Shown here piece after piece: positions 39,983-50,858 of a stretch of 64,000 nt of DNA. The stretch is from Octopus bimaculoides (lineage: Eukaryota). The notes below the pieces were generated by a model. The model saw only the letters and a list, made by a program, of their open reading frames with translations. It ran no database searches and was not told the origin of the DNA. The stretch is from positions 774,771 to 838,770 of the forward strand of contig NC_069003.1 in NCBI RefSeq assembly GCF_001194135.2. The letters are read 5' to 3'. The translations under genes and the position numbers were made by a program. How positions within the stretch are numbered: the stretch's first letter is position 1; each line of letters begins with the position of its first letter.

Positions 39983-40380
39983 AACGAAGAGGTTCTGCTC
40001 TGGACTGCATTATTCCCGGTTTGGAACCACCTCCGCTGGTCGAGACACTTCATACGCATGCCTCAAACGGGCCTCTTCCGTCAGCTCCTGTTTGCGGAGT
40101 TAACAAATAAAATTCTGTTTGCGAGACCAGTTCCACGCCAATCTTTTCTGCTGCTCCATTGACACAAATATCTGGGAGACAATTGCCGAGGTCTACTCAA
40201 CCTGACGGCATAGTCTTAGTCGAACGAACGGACCTGATTGAAAATAACAGACGGCAGAGGTCAGACGTCACAAAGAGCGACTCGCATTTCATCGCTCTCC
40301 CCCCATTGACTCTCTACGGCAATAAGTGCCCTCAGCTTTTTTATACTTGCCCTTGGCTTGAACAACACCTCCTGGTGTTG
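39983..40380 (+). mobile_element. RTE-clade LINE 3' remnant
   Basis: NEEVL...HLRWSRHFIRMPQTGLFRQLLFAEL, IDTNIWETIAE and a decayed C2H2-like NKCPQLFYT..LEQHL. Confidence 0.75.
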
Positions 40381-40419
40381 CGAAGAGCGAGTTTGCATGT
40401 GATCTATTTCTGAGAGCTA

Positions 40420-40675
40420 TTGTATTGGACCTCTGTCTAATCTGGCGTTAGACGTTGTTCTAATGATTCAGCATTAAGTATTACAGCATGCCTTAGCTGA
40501 TATTGGGCAAATCTCATCTCCCTTCTCTCTTGAGACTGACGTGCAGCGGCATGCATCTGCTGACCTTGAGTAGGTCTCGTCTCCTTTCTCTGTCGAGACA
40601 CTCGCCTTTGTTTACTGTAATCGTCCTCGCTTTATACGTGTTTCTGGAGGGATTACGTCTTTTCTTTGGTGGCAT
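40420..40675 (-). mobile_element. Helitron-like Rep/helicase N-terminal remnant with STPR-like repeats
   Basis: ATG 40675: MPPKKRRNPSRNTYKARTI, then after a frameshift HAAARQSQERREMRFAQYQLRHAVILNAESLEQRL. Resembles the recalled RHA..R.AE(T/S).EQR..RL repeat. Confidence 0.5.
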
Positions 40676-41409
40676 ATTTTTCAATATTGTAAACAAAAAA
40701 TTATGAACATAGAAAAAATATACATGAATCTCTATTTTTGTAAGCAATTGTAAATATATACTATTTTTGTATGCTGTGTAAATTTTTGAAATATAAGCAA
40801 ATGAACGAAATAGCACATGTATGGAACTGCTAATTTAACGGTAAATNNNNNNNNNNNNNNNNNNNNNNNNNNNNNNNNNNNNNNNNNNNNNNNNNNNNNN
40901 NNNNNNNNNNNNNNNNNNNNNNNNNNNNNNNNNNNNNNNNNNNNNNNNNNNNNNNNNNNNNNNNNNNNNNNNNNNNNNNNNNNNNNNNNNNNNNNNNNNN
41001 NNNNNNNNNNNNNNNNNNNNNNNNNNNNNNNNNNNNNNNNNNNNNNNNNNNNNNNNNNNNNNNNNNNNNNNNNNNNNNNNNNNNNNNNNNNNNNNNNNNN
41101 NNNNNNNNNNNNNNNNNNNNNNNNNNNNNNNNNNNNNNNNNNNNNNNNNNNNNNNNNNNNNNNNNNNNNNNNNNNNNNNNNNNNNNNNNNNNNNNNNNNN
41201 NNNNNNNNNNNNNNNNNNNNNNNNNNNNNNNNNNNNNNNNNNNNNNNNNNNNNNNNCAGGTATGTATATGTATGTGTAGATGTGTATGCGTGTGTATGTA
41301 TGTGTGTGTGTATGTGTGTGTGTGTTTAATAACGTACCGTATTTAGTATGTCTGTGCTTTTGTATGCAGTAAAAATTAAGGAAATAGAAGCCCATGCAAC
41401 AAATCCGAG

Positions 41410-41570
41410 GCCGGGGGTGAGTCGTTTACGTCGAACCCTGTACTGAAATGGGATTTATATATCAACCTCGAATAGATGAAAGGCAAAGTCGACCTCGGTG
41501 AAATTTGAACTCAGAAGGTAAAGACAGACGAAATGCCGCTGAGCATTTTGTTCGGCATGCTTAGCGGCTT
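41410..41570 (-). mobile_element. SINE family A
   Basis: gatgaaaggcaaagtcgacctcggtgaaatttgaactcagaaggtaaagacagacgaaatgccgctgagcatttt. Confidence 0.88.
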
Positions 41571-41906
41571 ATTTGTATTCATAATATTGAGAGGACGCGA
41601 TCAAATCAATTTCGCTCTTGCTTCTGCCTTCCGTTTTAGTTGAGGTTACTGTTAAACACACTTTTTACAACCGTTGTATATGGATAACTATTTGTATATC
41701 GTAATCAGTTCTTGTCTATTCTGATTCATCAACTTCATTATCAACCAGATTTCTGCAGGAAATATGTCTTTGCTGTCGTGTGTTATCGGTCTCTACCAAT
41801 GTTTCTTCATTCGCCCCCCCCGCCCCCCACATTCTAGATTGATCAGGCAAAGCGAAAATGAGAGCTGGAAAAGATGCCTGTCTAAAGCAAAAGATTATTG
41901 AAGGAT

Positions 41907-42070
41907 AATCTTTAGAAGGTTTCCAATATTGCTGCACAAGCGGGAAAATCCTTAATCTTTTGAAGGTTCCTAACATTGCCAAATAAACGGAAACTCATTA
42001 ATCTTCTACAGGTTTTCAATAATGCCAGGTTCACAGAAAATCTTTAATCTTTTGAAGTTTCCCAGTATTC
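41907..42070 (+). repeat. Degenerate 46-47-bp minisatellite (about 3.5 units)
   Basis: Units start at 41907, 41954, 42000 and 42046 with consensus about aatctttt(g/a)aaggttt(c)caa(t)attgcc...gaaaatc(c/t)tt. Confidence 0.8.
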
Positions 42071-42732
42071 TTAGATACACATGTACCTATAGCAATATTA
42101 GAGCTTTCCAGGATTGTTATAAGTAGACGGTTCAAGAGGTCGTGGATCGTGTGTCTAACCTGATCACCGTTCTTGTGAAGAATTCTCGAAGAATTTGGTT
42201 TGATGACATTTCGTTAACATATTAAAGAACTGGAATTGGACGTCGATTTTTTTGCACATGGTTCCTGTTATTTTCATGATTCATATATTGTGAATGCAAA
42301 ATACATGTAAGCCTAGAAAAGGCAAAACTGTCGCGGGAACCAACATTTCTTTTTCGAACACCAAATATAATTCCTCAGATTCACTCAACATATTCCTCAT
42401 AAACGTTAAATAAAATTTATTAGTGGCATCTAATTACGAAACATCTCAACCGTAACTAATACTTGTCACATCAAGTAAATACCATTTCAAAATCTTATTG
42501 GAATGCATTTCTCTGGCTAAGAATTCCTTCTTCCTTTTACTTCCTGCTAACCATCTTGTGGTCGAAAAGGGAAATGATTTTCAATGCCGCTCTGGCATCG
42601 TTGATTAATTTATGTTTCCATCTGAAGTTTTCTTGCACCGCTGATCTGTGGAACCGGTTGTAAGTTGTTCTAAGCCGAATGCTAGCGTTCGGAGTTAACT
42701 GTTCAGTATTAGAGTAACATGCTATAACGAGA

Positions 42733-42764
<32 letters not shown>

Positions 42765-42884
42765 TTCAAGTCTGGATTACCTGATTTCATTAACGCCTAC
42801 AGAGGATTAATTATTATCGATAAAAAGGTTTTAGGCTTCATCTGTTGCCAGAGTAAAGGCGTCTTTAATATTAGTTTCTAAAAA

Positions 42885-43225
42885 GGCGGTGAGCAGCCAG
42901 GATCGTTAACACGCCGGGCGAAATGCTTAGTGGTATTTCGTCTGCCGTTACGTTCTGAGTTCAAACTCAACCGGGATCAACTTAGTTTTTTTTTACCCTT
43001 TCGAGGTCGATTAAATAGATACTAGGTGAATACTGGGATCAATGGAATCGTCTTAACTCCTTCCTCGAAATTGTTGGCCGTTTGCCAAAATTTTAAACCA
43101 ATATTAAATCCTTCGCGGTATTTCTTAAGGCTCTTTGCGTTCTGAGTTCAAATTCTGCCTGGATCTTCTTTGCTTTTCCTCTTTTTGGCATCAATAAAAT
43201 GTGGTCAAGTCTTAGCCACAAGAAA
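42885..43225 (+). mobile_element. Two tandem SINE family A copies (42885-43105 full length, tail type 3; 43108-43225 partial)
   Basis: ggcggtgagcagccaggatcgttaacacgccgggcgaaatgcttag...; second copy gcggtatttc...gttctgagttcaaattctgcc. Confidence 0.85.
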
Positions 43226-44269
43226 NNNNNNNNNNNNNNNNNNNNNNNNNNNNNNNNNNNNNNNNNNNNNNNNNNNNNNNNNNNNNNNNNNNNNNNNNNN
43301 NNNNNNNNNNNNNNNNNNNNNNNNNNNNNNNNNNNNNNNNNNNNNNNNNNNNNNNNNNNNNNNNNNNNNNNNNNNNNNNNNNNNNNNNNNNNNNNNNNNN
43401 NNNNNNNNNNNNNNNNNNNNNNNNNNNNNNNNNNNNNNNNNNNNNNNNNNNNNNNNNNNNNNNNNNNNNNNNNNNNNNNNNNNNNNNNNNNNNNNNNNNN
43501 NNNNNNNNNNNNNNNNNNNNNNNNNNNNNNNNNNNNNNNNNNNNNNNNNNNNNNNNNNNNNNNNNNNNNNNNNNNNNNNNNNNNNNNNNNNNNNNNNNNN
43601 NNNNNNNNNNNNNNNNNNNNNNNNNNNNNNNNNNNNNNNNNNNNNNNNNNNNNNNNNNNNNNNNNNNNNNNNNNNNNNNNNNNNNNNNNNNNNNNNNNNN
43701 NNNATATACATATACACGTATATATGTATTTATGTATATATGTGTGTGCATGTATAGATAGATAAATAGATAACAGATTCTGTCTTTTTTTTCTTTTTAT
43801 ATTACTGTCAATTCGATTAAAATTAAATGAAGAAGTTACTCAGATATGCTCAGCCAAATGAAGTGAGCTTCGAATCTGAGTCTGCTGAGCATCTACTCCC
43901 GAGTTTCTGTTTCTCGATTCACATCTACCTATACAAACATATATCTAGGGGGAGCAGGAGAGAAACAGAGGAAGAGTTTTATAAAGAAATATATATAACT
44001 GTAGAAATAAATAAGGAGAACGATATATACTGGGAGAGAAGTTGCTGTGCGTTTGTAAGCGTGTGACAACTTGTTTACAATTCGTGGAATATGCAATGCT
44101 CCATTACGCATCAGATGAGGCGTATCCGATAGAATCAATTATTACTGTTCTCCACCCATCATTAAGTAGATTGCCTACTCTTCCAGCCACTCTGCGCTTT
44201 GGCACCCACACAACAAGACAACTAAACTGATAAACGCTCCAGTACGGAACTCGATGCACATAGAGTCAC

Positions 44270-44343
44270 TAATACCACCACCACCACCACCACCAACCAC
44301 CACCACCACCATCACCACCACCTATGACCATCATCAGCTTCAG

Positions 44344-44402
<59 letters not shown>

Positions 44403-44720
44403 ATAATAATAATAATGATAATAATAATAATATTGACNNNNNNNNNNNNNNNNNNNNNNNNNNNNNNNNNNNNNNNNNNNNNNNNNNNNNNNNNNNNNNN
44501 NNNNNNNNNNNNNNNNNNNNNNNNNNNNNNNNNNNNNNNNNNNNNNNNNNNNNNNNNNNNNNNNNNNNNNNNNNNNNNNNNNNNNNNNNNNNNNNNNNNN
44601 NNNNNNNNNNNNNNNNNNNNNNNNNNNNNNNNNNNNNNNNNNNNNNNNNNNNNNNNNNNNNNNNNNNNNNNNNNNNNNNNNNNNNNNNNNNNNNNNNACC
44701 ACCACCACCACCACCACTAA
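44270..44720. repeat. Compound (ACC)n(ACT)n(AAT)n microsatellite spanning a gap
   Basis: Pure (ACT)n at 44345-44401; N-run 44438-44698. Confidence 0.9.
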
Positions 44721-45229
44721 CAACACCGCCAACACTACCATTAACAACGTGCCAAACTGATCTCGACTGCGTGGAACTAAAACCATTCGTCAATAACAAA
44801 GAAAGCAAAAAAAAAAAGAAATAAATAAAACGGAGAAAAAAAGCCAAAACAAACAAAAGATACCCTAAAAAATCATTCATAATTATCTGTGAGACGTTGT
44901 ATTCGCAACATTAAATTTGGCCGCTTATATATTTTATCGAAATTAACGAGATTACGTCGTCTGCCATTTTCTGTTATTTTGTTTTACTGTATTTTGTGTA
45001 ACCTCCTGTTTAGAATTTACTTAAATAATTTTCCATAAATCTAATGTAAGATACTTAACGTTTATAATTAAATCCGTTTTTTTTTTTTTTATTCGTCACT
45101 GGAAATACGGCGAGCAAAAGTGCTTTGAATCCCATCTTAAGATTTTACAGAATATACGGAATGATTACGTTTGGAATATCTTCGTCCATGAATGTTTTGA
45201 ATGAAGGCTAAACAAGAACAAGAGAAACA

Positions 45230-45390
45230 TATGTATGTATGTATGTACGTATGTATGTATGTACGTAAGTATGTATGTATGTATGTATGTATGTATGTAT
45301 GTATGTATGTGTGTATGTATGTGTGTGTGGATATATGTGTATGTCTGTATACATGTATGTATGTATGTATGTATGTATGTATGTATGTGT
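45230..45390. repeat. (TATG)n tetranucleotide tract
   Basis: Direct reading. Confidence 0.9.
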
Positions 45391-45889
45391 AAAGTGCATA
45401 CCTGTAAGAGCCGTCTCGTTTGTAAAAGAACTTTTACAAACGTTCGCTTTAAACTCTACTTTGATCAAGATGTAGATATCAGAGATAAAGGAATTATGAA
45501 AACATATTTCAAAGATTCACGCTCCGAAGGGCAAATGATCTCGTTTGACATTATAGCGAATAATAAATACATGCGTTTGCCCACCCACCCCCACACATAC
45601 ACACAGACATACACAAGTACGTAGGGATGTACGAATTTAGTTTTTGCATAGATGTGGGTCGTTTGTGTTTAGTAGTTGATGATAAGGTAAGAGGGACGAT
45701 TTCTGAGTATCAAGTTGGAGAAAGATAAGGCAGAGAATCGTTAGAGATGTCAGCGGTTTACAGAATTTACGACAGCGTTTAGGAAGATATCAGCATAGCT
45801 TTGCGTATCATATACGCATACATATATATAGATACGTATAGCCCCCTCTCACACGCATATAAGTATGAATATATATCTATTATATATAT

Positions 45890-45922
<33 letters not shown>

Positions 45923-46229
45923 AATATATATATATATANNNNNNNNNNNNNNNNNNNNNNNNNNNNNNNNNNNNNNNNNNNNNNNNNNNNNNNNNNNNNN
46001 NNNNNNNNNNNNNNNNNNNNNNNNNNNNNNNNNNNNNNNNNNNNNNNNNNNNNNNNNNNNNNNNNNNNNNNNNNNNNNNNNNNNNNNNNNNNNNNNNNNN
46101 NNNNNNNNNNNNNNNNNNNNNNNNNNNNNNNNNNNNNNNNNNNNNNNNNNNNNNNNNNNNNNNNNNNNNNNNNNNNNNNNNNNNNNNNNNNNNNNNNNNN
46201 NNNNNNNNNNNNNNNNNNNNCTCTCTAAA

Positions 46230-46505
46230 GGAGACCACGGCAGCGGTACTGGAAATTAATAGTTATCGCCAAGCCAACATGGCAGTCCCAAAATTAGGAC
46301 GAAAGCTGCCGTGAATTAGCTCCAAGAAGCCATCGCCTCTAGCTAGCTATGTGACACACGAAACCTGTGTCCTTTATAACCTTCGAACAGGGGATGTCAG
46401 CAGTTTCCCCTTGCTGGTTTGGCATCTGCAGACTAGTTTCAGGGTGTTGCCCCTTGTCAATGCAGAGCAGCCAAGCTCCAGCCAGGCGGCGCTGCTGACT
46501 ATCTG
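46230..46505. mobile_element. Unclassified GC-richer interspersed repeat, probably a retroposon UTR
   Basis: Sharp composition change; resembles a repeat I recall from octopus sequence. Class not determinable here. Confidence 0.35.
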
Positions 46506-46941
46506 TTCGAAAGTTATTTATCTAATTTCAGTGGAATCTATCCACTGGTTTTCAGAAATAGAGTTATATATATATACACACACACATATATTTATATGTA
46601 TATAAATATATATACATTTATATGTATATAGTCATAGAGGTGACGTTCGTTTTATAATGATATAGTATAAATTTATTGCTTTTAGAAATTTTATTGTTTC
46701 AAACCAAACTTGCCGCAACCGTTTCATCCGAAATTATGCAAAACAGAATATTAAAGAAATATAAAAGGAATTTGATTAAAAAAAACAAAAAAAAAAAACA
46801 GAATTATCCAATTCAACATCTAAATATATTCATTAAGTCTACCGAGAGGCTGCTGTCAGCTGTCCTGATGTTAATGAGGCGCAACGTCGGAAGCACACTC
46901 AGAAGATGATCGCCCACATACACAGACACACACAAGTATAT

Positions 46942-47063
<122 letters not shown>

Positions 47064-47094
47064 TCGTATATATATGTATGTTTTAATAGACATC

Positions 47095-47900
47095 TTAAGA
47101 TTAACAATACTTTCCTTGTTTTTCTTAGGATTTTAGAACTCACATGTTCTGATATTCCCATTTCTTATTCCTTAATTTATAATTCTAAAGAAGGTGATTT
47201 TTCAGCGGAATTCTTCTGCATTTGCTGCTTCGCATTCTTTCGTTTTTTCGAAATGCAATGAAAATTGATTTCAACAATCTTACCAACTTAAATTTAAGTT
47301 CCATACTTTTCTGTACAGACAATGTAATAAATTTTAGCAGGGCTTCATCCTCACCAAGATCTGCTGCAATGTCATCTGTTCTTGGACTTTTGTTCTTTTT
47401 TCAAACTTCTTTTTTCTTTTTCCATTTTTATGTCGGATATTTATGGTGAAAGAATCTCTTTCCGCAACACAATTTTTAACTTTGATCATTTCGATGACTT
47501 TCCCTTTGATTACAATCAGTCGTTATCTTGTATAAGAAGTAAGCGTGGTATTATTTCGATCTTTTCTCATTATTTTTGCCTTCATAATGCCTATTACTCT
47601 CTTTGTATTTGCTAACATTATTTGATGCGAAGATTCTTATTATTAGCTTCAATGCTTCCTAAATACTTTTATCAGCGTTTATTATTGTATTTTTCCATCA
47701 CAAATTTTGTTGACGTTTTTCTCTCTCTTTTATTTTTCATCATAGATTGAATTTCATGACTCAGCTCCTGATATCAGTCTTTCGATTCCAATGATGTCAT
47801 ACTTCTGGTTTTTACACACCTACTTTCTTCAATATTATCGAATGTCTCGCTTGTTTTCCACTTCACTCATCCTTTTTCATTTTCTTTGTTTCTCCTGGTA
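47095..47900 (-). mobile_element. Decayed LINE (RTE-like) reverse-transcriptase N-terminal region
   Basis: Minus strand 47392-47310 reads KSPRTDDIAADLGEDEALLKFITL (cf. KSPG.D.I.AE), followed by ISEHVSSKILRK (cf. ISL.SH..KIL). Confidence 0.7.
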
Positions 47901-49394
47901 AAAAAACGGAAAGAAAAGAAGCGAATCATTTTCTTTCTTTCTTTTCTGTTTCAGCTCCATCACATACCTCTACTACAGTGGCTTTACATTGGACAAAGAT
48001 GGGGAAATTAGATTTTATTTCAACGTTATATTCATTTGAAATATTCAGAATAACTTATCTTCTTGATATTTTAGTCTTTCTATTTCTATTAAGAAGCACA
48101 TTATATTTTCTTGCGAAAAAAATAGACAATAGCTAATAAATTAATGCAGTAGACAACCCCTGGATATGCTCTAATTTTTTTTCACACTGTTCCGGTCGTA
48201 GTCCGTTCAGATGAGTTCCAAGTACAACGTCATCTATAGAGTTGCTTAAGCCACGTATTAAAAGAACAATGATAATTTGATTCAGAAACCCCGACTAAAC
48301 GCTCTCCTTGATAATTCTAAAATGGCTTAGGGGGATATCAATTTCGTGCTTGATCTTCCTCCTACGTTAACATTTGCATATCCAATCGGAAAGGAAGATA
48401 TTTTGGTAGCAATTGATCGGTTGCATGAAGAAGGCCTTAAATATGTTCTCTGTATTTCTCTAGCATATAATTCTTTATCGCTTTATCTTGTCATTTAGTT
48501 GATGCACTGATTTGGGAACGAACTTGCACATGGGATGTGATTATTTTGTACGTGAGTTTATGTTGTGATGTAGATGTATGTAGAAATTACTTTATTGATA
48601 TATAAATATGTACTTACCTATATATATATATATACCGAAATCTTCAGTGATAAATAATAAGAGTGAAGAACGAATGTATAGTGCGTGTGTTTATTTAGCA
48701 TAAAAGGTAAAACAGAATAAGAAAAAAATACCCGTTTCAACACACGATTTCACATTTGGAATCTTGCAACACAAATTCATAGAGTATATATATATATACA
48801 CACACACATATATATATATATATATCTGTTTGTTTTCTACACCACCTGTCTTCGTCTGTTGTTTTTTTTGTGAATTCTCCTTATACATACATACATATAC
48901 ATATATGTATGATTGCACACATCTACGTCTGCCATTTAACATTCAATGTTACATAAAGCCCTTAACCTTTGCGATATGAAATTGCATGCAAAGAAACTGG
49001 AATCCGTTTGCGTGTAAAACACTGACCTAGATGCATTTCAATGCAAGTTTAAGAAAATATATTTCACTCGCAATATATCACTCGCAGATATATATTTTCT
49101 CATATAATGAATGTTCATAACTGCATATCTTTTATTTAGAATGAAAAAAAAAAGCTAATACGTAAACAGAATGAGAAACTGGTGTGTATATGTTTTAAAT
49201 GAAATAAAAAAAGATAAAATACAAGAAAAGTACAAAGTCATAATTATATATATATTTTTTCATTTGGAAACGTATAGAACAACCAAAATCTATTTCATAG
49301 ACATGAAACAGAAATCAGATAATTTTCCGATTTTTTTTCTTTAAAATTTTTGTTTCTCCATTTTATGAAAGAAAAATTCTAATTCAGCCTAGTA

Positions 49395-50231
49395 NNNNNN
49401 NNNNNNNNNNNNNNNNNNNNNNNNNNNNNNNNNNNNNNNNNNNNNNNNNNNNNNNNNNNNNNNNNNNNNNNNNNNNNNNNNNNNNNNNNNNNNNNNNNNN
49501 NNNNNNNNNNNNNNNNNNNNNNNNNNNNNNNNNNNNNNNNNNNNNNNNNNNNNNNNNNNNNNNNNNNNNNNNNNNNNNNNNNNNNNNNNNNNNNNNNNNN
49601 NNNNNNNNNNNNNNNNNNNNNNNNNNNNNNNNNNNNNNNNNNNNNNNNNNNNNNNNNNNNNNNNNNNNNNNNNNNNNNNNNNNNNNNNNNNNNNNNNNNN
49701 NNNNNNNNNNNNNNNNNNNNNNNNNNNNNNNNNNNNNNNNNNNNNNNNNNNNNNNNNNNNNNNNNNNNNNNNNNNNNNNNNNNNNNNNNNNNNNNNNNNN
49801 NNNNNNNNNNNNNNNNNNNNNNNNNNNNNNNNNNNNNNNNNNNNNNNNNNNNNNNNNNNNNNNNNNNNNNNNNNNNNNNNNNNNNNNNNNNNNNNNNNNN
49901 NNNNNNNNNNNNNNNNNNNNNNNNNNNNNNNNNNNNNNNNNNNNNNNNNNNNNNNNNNNNNNNNNNNNNNNNNNNNNNNNNNNNNNNNNNNNNNNNNNNN
50001 NNNNNNNNNNNNNNNNNNNNNNNNNNNNNNNNNNNNNNNNNNNNNNNNNNNNNNNNNNNNNNNNNNNNNNNNNNNNNNNNNNNNNNNNNNNNNNNNNNNN
50101 NNNNNNNNNNNNNNNNNNNNNNNNNNNNNNNNNNNNNNNNNNNNNNNNNNNNNNNNNNNNNNNNNNNNNNNNNNNNNNNNNNNNNNNNNNNNNNNNNNNN
50201 NNNNNNNNNNNNNNNNNNNNNNNNNNNNNNN
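49395..50231. other. Largest assembly gap (N-run); others near 2.26, 3.40, 23.72, 29.25, 32.17, 40.85, 43.23, 44.44, 45.94, 54.10, 56.88 and 63.20 kb
   Basis: Runs of n, mostly flanked by microsatellites. Confidence 1.
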
Positions 50232-50674
50232 ATATATATATATATATATATATACAAACATATATATATGCTACCTGCTCAAACGACTATACTTAACAAA
50301 AGCTATTAAACAGACAGAAGCGCAAACATGCAATATTCATCTTCATTATATTGAGAAATGCTTTGATGATACATGTCAAAATACATTATATTTCGGCACA
50401 CTTTCCCTCTGTATGTAAGCATGTCTGTATGAATGTGTGTATGTATGTATGTATGTATGTATTAAAACTTAGAATGAAAATGATGTTGTGAATGTTGACG
50501 CCATTTTTTTACTTGTGGCTAATTGTGACTTCCGCTATTTGAAAAAAAACACCTAAAATGATTCTCAATAATTAACGGACTCATTTGAAGTGTTACGATT
50601 CGTGAAATAGTTCATGTTACTGGAAATTATAAATATGATTCTTTTTTATCCAAAAACCAGTTCATACATCCATA

Positions 50675-50688
50675 GATATACACATACA

Positions 50689-50722
<34 letters not shown>

Positions 50723-50858
50723 CATACATGCATGCATGCATCCATCCATCCATCCATCCATCCATCCATACATACATACATACATACATACATACATGCA
50801 TGCATGCATCCATCCATCCATACATACATACATACATACATACATACATACATACATA
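50675..50858. repeat. Compound (CATA)n(CATG)n(CATC)n array, block repeated twice
   Basis: The order CATA-CATG-CATC-CATA occurs twice. Confidence 0.9.

Noticed and set aside
48330-48500. Protein-like frame DINFVLDLPPTLTFAYPIGKEDILVAIDRLHEEGLKYVL
   Set aside because: Preceded by an in-frame TAG, weak splice context, no recognisable family.
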